Assembly: GCA_039630085.1 (NCBI GenBank)
Contig: JBCNVM010000001.1
Coordinates: forward strand, 1 to 64,000
Reading direction: 5' to 3'
DNA length: 64,000 nucleotides
Origin: Candidatus Caldarchaeales archaeon
GTDB taxonomy: Archaea > Thermoproteota > Nitrososphaeria_A > Caldarchaeales > Calditenuaceae
Shown here: positions 57,574-64,000 of the stretch, one piece after another
How the letters are laid out: every line of letters starts with the position of its first letter
How positions within the stretch are numbered: position 1 is the stretch's first letter
Notes under the pieces: model-generated
Seen by the model: only the letters and a program-made list of their open reading frames with translations
Databases searched by the model: none
What the model was told of the DNA's origin: nothing
Made by a program: the position numbers and the translations under genes

Positions 57574-57696
57574 GTGCTGATCTCGAGGCGGTTTTCGGAA
57601 GAGGAAGAAGAGGAATGGGAGGAGTGGGAGGAAGAAGAGGACTTCGAGGAGGAGTGGGAGGAAGAGGAGTGGGAGGAGGAAGAGGAGGAGTTCTGA
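57574..57696 (+). CDS. 40-aa hyperacidic Glu/Trp microprotein
   Basis: TTAATATA box about 25 nt upstream of GTG; mixed GAA/GAG codons in one frame; MLISRRFSEEEEEEWEEWEEEEDFEEEWEEEEWEEEEEEF. Confidence 0.6.
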   Translation: MLISRRFSEEEEEEWEEWEEEEDFEEEWEEEEWEEEEEEF

Positions 57697-57724
57697 GGAC
57701 CTCCCAAGGACCTCTCGGACTCTG

Positions 57725-58015
57725 TTATTTTGATGCAGGCGGTTTCACGGCCTCGCCGTCAGCCTGTCTCTCCTCCAACACGATCGAAGTCTCGACTCCC
57801 TTCACGCCGGCGAGGTTCATCACGCGCATCCTGAGGAACCTGTGGAGCTCGTTGATGTCCCTCACCCTCACCATCGCGATGACGTCGTACTCGCCCGTCA
57901 CGCTGAAAACCCTCGTCACGTGCGAGCAGGCGCAGAGGCTCGAGACGATCTCTCCGACGCGGTTCGGCTCAGCGCAAATGTGAACGAAGGCGACGATCGA
58001 TTGCTTCTCGTCCAA
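57725..58015 (-). CDS. Stand-alone Lrp/AsnC ligand-binding (RAM) domain protein
   Basis: VFSVTGEYDVIA...GVKGVETSIVL; no HTH. Confidence 0.85.
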   Translation of the reverse strand: MDEKQSIVAFVHICAEPNRVGEIVSSLCACSHVTRVFSVTGEYDVIAMVRVRDINELHRFLRMRVMNLAGVKGVETSIVLEERQADGEAVKPPASK

Positions 58016-58101
58016 CCCGCTCCCTTCAGGGTATCCCCGACCTAAAAATCATACTAGCGCAGAAGAAACTATTTTTTATAGATAATATATGAAATCAAGG
58101 G

Positions 58102-59055
58102 TTGCCCCGGTTCCACGAGAGGAGGATCCAGCAGCTCAGGGGGAGCTCCTATGTGGTCACGCTACCGAAGGAGTGGGTCGAGGAGTCGGGGCTGAGGAAG
58201 GGCTCTGCCGTGACCGTGATCGTGGAGAGGGAGCTGCTGAGGATCGTCCCCGCGGGCAGGAGGACCTCGGTCCAGCTCTCTCTGGACGCGGACCTTCTCG
58301 GCGAGCTGGTGGAGGACGCGATGGTGGCCTGCTACGAGGCGGGAGTGTCCTCGGTCAGGGTCCAGACGAGGCGCGGCAGGGCAGAGGAGCTGGTCGTGAG
58401 GTCGAGGAGGCTGAGGGAGAGGCTCCAGGGCTTGTTCGTGGCCCTCGAGTCGGAGGGCTCGATCGTCGTCGAGATCTCGGGCGACCCGTTCAGGTCGATC
58501 GAGCAGGCCCTTTCGGTATCGCTCCAGTCCCTCGTGAGGGCACTCAGGAGGGCCGAGTCCGACGTCGGCTCCGGTGGGACCCCGAGCCCCGAGCTCGAGG
58601 AGCTGCTCAAGGACTGCTTAGGCTACGCGTCCACCCTGAAGAGGATGGTCTCCCAGATGGTCGCGGTTCCGGACGAGCAGACCCCGTTCTACGCCGTGTC
58701 GGCGCTGACCGAGGCGGCCTCCGACTTGGCCGACCTCGTGAGGGAAATCGAGGAGGCCCTCGGCTCGGCCGGGGCCGGCGGGCAGGAGCTCCTCGCGATG
58801 GCCCATCTGGCCGACGCACTCGAGCAGCTGAGCGCACTGGTCGTTGAACTGAGGAACTCGGTCGTCGTCGACCAGCTCGCGGACCTAGCGAGGTCCCTGC
58901 AGGAGGCCAGGAGGAGGACGGGCGCTAGGTCGCTCTTCAGGCGCGCCGAGGACTTAGTGGGGTCCCTGATGCGGCTGAACGCGCTGGTCACGGTCGCTTC
59001 GGAAGGCAGAGCAGGTCCAGGGCTACATGGACGAGCCTGGCCGAGTACGACTTGA
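58102..59055 (+). CDS. AbrB-domain + PhoU-like regulator
   Basis: RRIQQL.GSSYVVTLPKEWV..GL.KG N-terminus followed by a helical region. Confidence 0.75.
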   Translation: MPRFHERRIQQLRGSSYVVTLPKEWVEESGLRKGSAVTVIVERELLRIVPAGRRTSVQLSLDADLLGELVEDAMVACYEAGVSSVRVQTRRGRAEELVVRSRRLRERLQGLFVALESEGSIVVEISGDPFRSIEQALSVSLQSLVRALRRAESDVGSGGTPSPELEELLKDCLGYASTLKRMVSQMVAVPDEQTPFYAVSALTEAASDLADLVREIEEALGSAGAGGQELLAMAHLADALEQLSALVVELRNSVVVDQLADLARSLQEARRRTGARSLFRRAEDLVGSLMRLNALVTVASEGRAGPGLHGRAWPSTT

Positions 59056-59764
59056 CCCGCGTGGCCCTGAGCAGCCTGACTTCGTAACCCCTCCCCCTCG
59101 CCGATTTGATGACCTCGGCGCAGTAGTCCTCCTCCGAGCCCCTCTGCACCAGGTCGTGCAGGTGAATGACCCCTCCGCCGGGCCTCAGGGCCCTCAGCCC
59201 GGCCTCAAGGTAGCTGATCGTCCCGGGGAAGTAGCCCATCACGACCCTGTCGGCGATGCCCTCCAGCCCCTTCGTGACCTCCCTGCAGTCGCCTCGGTAG
59301 GTCCTGACCTTTCCCTCGAGCCCGTTCGCCCTCACGTTCCTTACTAGGTACTCGTAGGCCTCGGGGTTGAGCTCGATCGCGTGGACCGCCGCTGGCCTTC
59401 CGAGGGCCGCGATGGGCAGCGCGAACTGTCCTATCCCAGCGAAGGCGTCGACGACCACCTCCCACTCTCTAATCATCGCGGCGACCCTGAGCCTCTCGAA
59501 CTTGTTTCCCAGAGAGAACATCATCCGCTCGACGTCAAGCTCGTAGGCGACTCCGTGCTCGACGTACCTCGTGACGACGGGCCTCTCGCCGTAGAGGAGC
59601 CTTACCCTCGGGAGCCTCAGCTCGCCTCCCACACCTTCGTACGCCAACACGGCCCTCAGCCGGGGGTGCCTGTCGAGGAGGTACTCGACGACCTCCTCCG
59701 GGTCCTCGCCGCCCCTGAGCCTCACCAGCGCGACGTCGCCCACGAGCTTGTAGCGCGGCCTCAT
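58988..59764 (-). CDS. Trm5/Taw2-family SAM-dependent tRNA-modifying enzyme
   Basis: MFSLGN..ER, VDAFAGIG.F, IELNP, DRVVMG, VKSY. Confidence 0.85.
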   Translation of the reverse strand: MRPRYKLVGDVALVRLRGGEDPEEVVEYLLDRHPRLRAVLAYEGVGGELRLPRVRLLYGERPVVTRYVEHGVAYELDVERMMFSLGNKFERLRVAAMIREWEVVVDAFAGIGQFALPIAALGRPAAVHAIELNPEAYEYLVRNVRANGLEGKVRTYRGDCREVTKGLEGIADRVVMGYFPGTISYLEAGLRALRPGGGVIHLHDLVQRGSEEDYCAEVIKSARGRGYEVRLLRATRVKSYSARLVHVALDLLCLPKRP

Positions 59765-60924
59765 GCTCCCCGCAGCGCCCTCAGCCTCCCCACGACCTCG
59801 CCCCGGCCGTTGCGCTCAGCCGCGAGCTCCGCGTACCTCCGGATCGTGTTGAATTCGAGATCGAGGGCCCTCCTGACCGCCTCCCTCAGCGTCTCGGGCG
59901 AGAGCTCCACGAGGTCGAGGACGACTGCCGCGCCCCTCTCCGAGAGCGACTCGGCGTTCCCCAGCTGCTCCGAGTGGTTCGGAGTCGGCACCAGCACCAA
60001 CCTGCACCCGAACGCGAGCGCCTTCGAGACGGTCGAGTGCCCGGCCCTCGAGATGACGACGTCGGCGGCCGCGATCGCGACGTTCTCGTCGGGAAGCCAG
60101 GAGACGAGGAGGTGCCTCCCGCGCCTCTCCCGACGGTCAGACCCGAGCTCCCCCAGCGAGAAGACGAGCTGGTACTCCGACAGGGCGTCGAGGGACCTGA
60201 TCAGCCTCTCCCTGAGCGCCCTCCTCTCGGACTCGGGGCCCGTGTTCAATACCAGCACGAGGGGCTCGTCGGGACTGAAGCCCAGCGCCTCTTTGGCCTC
60301 CCTCCTCCCCGGGAGCTCGGAGGGGTACCTGTCGAGGACGGGGCCGACGTAGGCGACCTTATCCTGCTCCACCTCCCTGAAGAAGAGGTTCCTCCGAGAG
60401 ATCGTGAGGGGCGGAGGGTAGTCGGCGATGAGCACCTCGTCGGCCAGCGACCAGACCCTAGCCACGACGTCAGCGAAGGCGTTCGTCAAGGAGGACGCGG
60501 TCCGGTGCCTCTCGGACCGGACGACTACCCTGAACTGGTTGAGGAGGACCGCGACCGGAAGGCCCATCGCCTTCGCAGCCAGGACGGTCGACCCCCTCGT
60601 CTCGGAGAGGACGACCTCGGCGCCGAACGCGTCCATGACCGCCATCTCCTGCACGACCTGCATCGCGACCCTCAGGGGCAGCGCCGTACCCCTGATGAGG
60701 GACCACCTGACGCTGACGCCCCCGTCCGGGGACCTCCCGTAGTCGACCCGCTGCACGCCGACGACGTTTATGCCTCTCGACCTCAGGTAGCTGAGGCCCT
60801 CCGCGTAGCTGGTCGCGACGACCTCGTCGCCGCGCCTCGCGAGATCCTCGATCACGGCCTTCGCCCTCGCCGCGTGACCGAACCCTATCCCGCAGACGCC
60901 CACGTGGACCCTCAAACGCCGCAC
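59761..60924 (-). CDS. GT28/MurG-like glycosyltransferase
   Basis: GIGFGHAAR, ISRAGHST, HSEQLGNA. Confidence 0.85.
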   Translation of the reverse strand: MRRLRVHVGVCGIGFGHAARAKAVIEDLARRGDEVVATSYAEGLSYLRSRGINVVGVQRVDYGRSPDGGVSVRWSLIRGTALPLRVAMQVVQEMAVMDAFGAEVVLSETRGSTVLAAKAMGLPVAVLLNQFRVVVRSERHRTASSLTNAFADVVARVWSLADEVLIADYPPPLTISRRNLFFREVEQDKVAYVGPVLDRYPSELPGRREAKEALGFSPDEPLVLVLNTGPESERRALRERLIRSLDALSEYQLVFSLGELGSDRRERRGRHLLVSWLPDENVAIAAADVVISRAGHSTVSKALAFGCRLVLVPTPNHSEQLGNAESLSERGAAVVLDLVELSPETLREAVRRALDLEFNTIRRYAELAAERNGRGEVVGRLRALRGA

Positions 60925-61553
60925 CCGGCCCCCGTTGCCGGCCTGTCAAGCCTCAGCCTCCTCACCGGGCCCCGGGGACGCTCCTCGACGTAGAGCTCGG
61001 CCTCGAACCTGTAGACTCTTGACCCAGGGTGCAGGTATGTCGTGGGAGGGAGTCCCGCCTTGAGGCAGACGTTGACTAGGAACTCCTCTGCGTCCCACCC
61101 CTGCTCGACGGCAACTTGTGGCAGCAGGAGCCCCGAGGCCTCCTTCCACTCGATCAGGAGCCCGTGCCTCCCGACCTCGACCTCGTCCGGCATCCTCCTC
61201 CTGTCGTCGACCCTTATCTGCTCCAAGGGCGTGAGGACGCTGAGCTCGAGCACTGACCTGTCCAGCTCGTCGACCTCTAGGGGCGGGAAGCGGGGGTCGA
61301 GGAGGGCCGCGGCGATAGCCGCTCTAACGGTCAGCACTTCCAGCCTGTCGACCGGCCTGGGGTAGCCTATGCAGCCCCTCAGCGCCATCTCGGGGTACGT
61401 GTAGACCGTCACGAAGACCCCCCTCCTCACCTCCTCCGCGAAGACCTCTGGGATCTGGACCTCCTCTGGGTCCGCGCCCCTGAGGACCGACTCGATGGCG
61501 GCCCTAGCCGCTGAGATCAGCCTCGCGGCCGCCTCCTCGCCGATCTCGCCCAT
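60912..61553 (-). CDS. AMMECR1-domain protein
   Basis: GVFVT...LRGCIG, DPRFPP, GLLLPQV, CLKAGL. Confidence 0.92.
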   Translation of the reverse strand: MGEIGEEAAARLISAARAAIESVLRGADPEEVQIPEVFAEEVRRGVFVTVYTYPEMALRGCIGYPRPVDRLEVLTVRAAIAAALLDPRFPPLEVDELDRSVLELSVLTPLEQIRVDDRRRMPDEVEVGRHGLLIEWKEASGLLLPQVAVEQGWDAEEFLVNVCLKAGLPPTTYLHPGSRVYRFEAELYVEERPRGPVRRLRLDRPATGAGCGV

Positions 61554-61585
61554 CGGGCCTCCGTCCGCCGCCGAGCCTTTTACCC

Positions 61586-62104
61586 TTAACCAGTCTCCGA
61601 AGCCCTAGTCCTCGAGGCGTCCCGCGACCTCTTGAGCGCGAGCCTCCTCGCGGACTCGAGCGTCCTCTCTATCCTCGGCCAGTGGCTCCCCTCCCAGTAC
61701 CTCTGGCCGCAGCTCGCGCAGACGTAGTGGCGCCCGTCGCCCTCCTCGATCAGCTCGCCGTTGCAGAGCGAGCACCTCGTCGCCTCGGGCTCGAAGAACT
61801 CCTCGATGTCCAGCCCGAACTCCCTCGAGACCTCCTCCGCGATGGCCGCCAGCTGCCTCTCAACGTCCTCGAGGGGGACGAGGACGGACCTAACTCCCCT
61901 CTTGACCGCGAGCCTGTGAAGCTCCACGTCCGAAGTCACGAGGACCCTCCCGGAGCCCTCGGCCTCAAGGAGGAGCCGGTCGTCGTCGGACCTCGCGTAG
62001 ACCGAGTCGTACCCGAGGAGCCTCAGCCATCTGGCGAGCTTGCCGTGCATCGAGTCCGCGATGAACTTGGGCCTCTCACCCGACCGTCTCCCTTCCGGAC
62101 TCAA
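61586..62104 (-). CDS. Mut7-C RNase (PIN-like) domain protein
   Basis: FIADSMHGKLARWLRLLGYD, RCSLCNG, CASCGQRYWEGSH. Confidence 0.9.
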   Translation of the reverse strand: MSPEGRRSGERPKFIADSMHGKLARWLRLLGYDSVYARSDDDRLLLEAEGSGRVLVTSDVELHRLAVKRGVRSVLVPLEDVERQLAAIAEEVSREFGLDIEEFFEPEATRCSLCNGELIEEGDGRHYVCASCGQRYWEGSHWPRIERTLESARRLALKRSRDASRTRASETG

Positions 62105-62648
62105 GCCTGCACTCCTCGCAGAGGAAGTTGTCGTCGATCCGGAGCAGCATGTCGCTCCACTCGCCGCAGGAGTCGCAGTAGCCCTCGTAGTAGGGCTCGG
62201 GCCTCCTGGAAATCCCTCTGATCCTCAGCTGCTCCTTGACGATCTCGATGATGTCCGGCGTGAACTTCAGGATGTCCTTCATGCTGATGATCCCCGCTAT
62301 CCTGCCCCTGTACGCGACGACCAGCCTGCTCACGTTGAGCTTGTTCATCGTCCTCAGGGCCTCCTCTATCGTCTCCTCCGGGCTGACGGTGATTATGGGG
62401 CTCGACATCACGTCCCTCAGTTTGACCCCGCTGGGCTTGAGGTCCCTCGCAACAACCTTCTCTACGAGGTCCCTCTTCGTGACGATCCCGACCGGCGCGT
62501 TCCCCCTCATTACCAGCACGCTGCTGATCCTGTACTTGGCCATCTGCTGCGCCGCTTCCGCGGCCGTCGCCTCCTCGCTGAGCTCGATGACCGGACTCGA
62601 CATCACGTCCCTGACCAGTATCTCGCCTGTCAGCGGCGTCTCCTTCAA
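62076..62648 (-). CDS. CBS-pair protein with C-terminal Zn ribbon
   Basis: Two VRDVMSSP-type CBS repeats; GYCDSC...LCEEC. Confidence 0.88.
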   Translation of the reverse strand: MKETPLTGEILVRDVMSSPVIELSEEATAAEAAQQMAKYRISSVLVMRGNAPVGIVTKRDLVEKVVARDLKPSGVKLRDVMSSPIITVSPEETIEEALRTMNKLNVSRLVVAYRGRIAGIISMKDILKFTPDIIEIVKEQLRIRGISRRPEPYYEGYCDSCGEWSDMLLRIDDNFLCEECRLESGRETVG

Positions 62649-62714
62649 CCCGACCGTACAGGGAGTCCGGTGTCAATAAACTTTGGCTCACTCGAGCGTC
62701 CTCGAGGAACCCGC

Positions 62715-63989
62715 TCACTCGAACTCCTTCTGCGGGTTGATCCGGCTGAAGAGGGCCCTAAGCCTCCTGAGGTCGATCCCTTTCCTCAGCAGCTCGGCCT
62801 CCACCTCCTCCACGAACTCCCTGCTCAGCGCCCTCGGGAACGAGACCAGCTCGTCGACCAAGTCGAGCGCCAAGGGCAGCCCCGTAGCGGGGTTGAAGGT
62901 CTCGAGGGCATACGTGATCGCGAGGTCCTTCAGGTCTCTCGGAGCGGTCCTCGGGAGCTCGATGCAGACCGGCGGCTGGGACTCCACGGTCCTCACGAAG
63001 ACCCTCTCCGTAGAGCCTATGAGCCTCACCAGCTGCTCTCGCCTCTCCGCGCGCCCCTCCTTGACCCTTTCGGGTATGAGGTCCGACTCGAGCTGGACCC
63101 TGAACCGCCTCTCCGCGATCGCCAGGTCCCTCTTCAGTGCCTCCCCGTGGGCCTCGCCGCTCCGCTCGTCGAGCATGCTCCTGAGCAGGGAGTAGACCTC
63201 GTGAGGCCGGTCGAAGACCGAGGAGTACTCGACAACGTCGCCGGGAGAGGTGACCAGCATGAGGATCGACCTGTCCGTGAGCCCCAACATCCTGTCGGGC
63301 CCGAACCTGTAGCCCACGTATCCGTCGAGCGCGGAGGTCGCGATCCTCTTCACGACACCGAGGGCCCTACCGGACCCGATCAGCTCCTCCGTCATCCCGA
63401 CCAGCTCGTCAATAAGCTCGTGGACGAACCAGAACCGCCTGTGGGTGAAGGGGTCCAGCCAGTCGAGCCTCTGCTCCTTCACCCTACTACATCCGGCCCT
63501 GAACCCGAAGAAGCTCCCATCTAAGACCACGTAGTCCGCCCTCTCGAGGGCCCTGAGCGCCATCCTCCTCTCGAGGTATACGGTCACGAGGTCCAGCTTC
63601 TTCAGGAACTCCTCCCTGCTGTCGTCGGACCGACCCCTCAGCGCCTCGCCCACGAAGTACTCGCCGTCCTCGAGAGCCTCCATCCCGCGGAAGAGCTTAG
63701 AGCCCGCCGCCGAGAGGCCGTACTTCAGCCCGATCCTCTCGTCGATCGAGGGGCTGTCGGATCCGTCCACGACTGCGAAGACCGAGTCCCTCCACTCGAC
63801 CCTGCGCGGCCCGCGCTTGGCGCCGCCGACGACCTCCTCGAAAGGCTCCAAGAACCGAGGGTCGAGGGACCTGATCGCCTGCAGGATGCGCGCGGCCTCC
63901 TCCCTCGCCAACTCGTAGAACCTCTCCTGAAGCGGCCTCGGGATCCTCAGGACCGCGGGTATCTCCTCAGGCTCCACGCGCACGCTCAT
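62715..63989 (-). CDS. NurA-domain nuclease
   Basis: AVVDGS, VLDGSF, GVVKR, GLP..L...D. Confidence 0.75.
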   Translation of the reverse strand: MSVRVEPEEIPAVLRIPRPLQERFYELAREEAARILQAIRSLDPRFLEPFEEVVGGAKRGPRRVEWRDSVFAVVDGSDSPSIDERIGLKYGLSAAGSKLFRGMEALEDGEYFVGEALRGRSDDSREEFLKKLDLVTVYLERRMALRALERADYVVLDGSFFGFRAGCSRVKEQRLDWLDPFTHRRFWFVHELIDELVGMTEELIGSGRALGVVKRIATSALDGYVGYRFGPDRMLGLTDRSILMLVTSPGDVVEYSSVFDRPHEVYSLLRSMLDERSGEAHGEALKRDLAIAERRFRVQLESDLIPERVKEGRAERREQLVRLIGSTERVFVRTVESQPPVCIELPRTAPRDLKDLAITYALETFNPATGLPLALDLVDELVSFPRALSREFVEEVEAELLRKGIDLRRLRALFSRINPQKEFE

Positions 63990-64000
63990 CCTCCGGTATC

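Noticed and set aside
57598-57690. GAG/GAA-rich tract as a CRISPR array or microsatellite
   Set aside because: No repeat-spacer structure; better explained as coding. No CRISPR array or cas gene was seen in the window
62715-63989. NurA as part of a herA-mre11-rad50 or defence operon
   Set aside because: Upstream context lies outside the window and downstream genes are unrelated, so it cannot be assessed

Overview
GC-rich archaeal chromosomal segment. The gene content (HMf-type histone, CdvB/CdvC, arcadin-1, Elf1, aIF5B, AsnA, heme o synthase, BHB-intron tRNAs) suggests a TACK archaeon, most plausibly Aigarchaeota/Caldarchaeales; this is an inference. Most of the window is housekeeping: EF-1a, uS7, uS10, uS11, eL24, GluRS, CCA enzyme, TrmI, Trm5/Taw2, Ndk, AdkA and two ATP-dependent DNA ligases. 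It also carries a branched-chain acyl-CoA catabolic cluster, a TtrBCA+TorD-type molybdo/tungstoenzyme operon, a Liv-type ABC transporter, a class II photolyase and three tRNAs (Ala-TGC with a non-canonical 43/44 intron, Glu-CTC, Arg-TCT with a 37/38 intron). A ~2 kb AT-rich islet next to tRNA-Glu encodes two HTH proteins and a PD-(D/E)XK nuclease. The most notable leads are a candidate Vps28/ESCRT-I-like gene, an orphan Nse1/Nse3-like KITE protein, arcadin-1 without crenactin followed by a Zn-finger microprotein missing from the ORF track, a Cys-less Ltp3/Ltp4-like thiolase-fold pair, an isobutyryl-CoA-mutase-type enzyme and a 40-aa poly-Glu/Trp microprotein. All family calls come from motif recognition by eye, not database searches.
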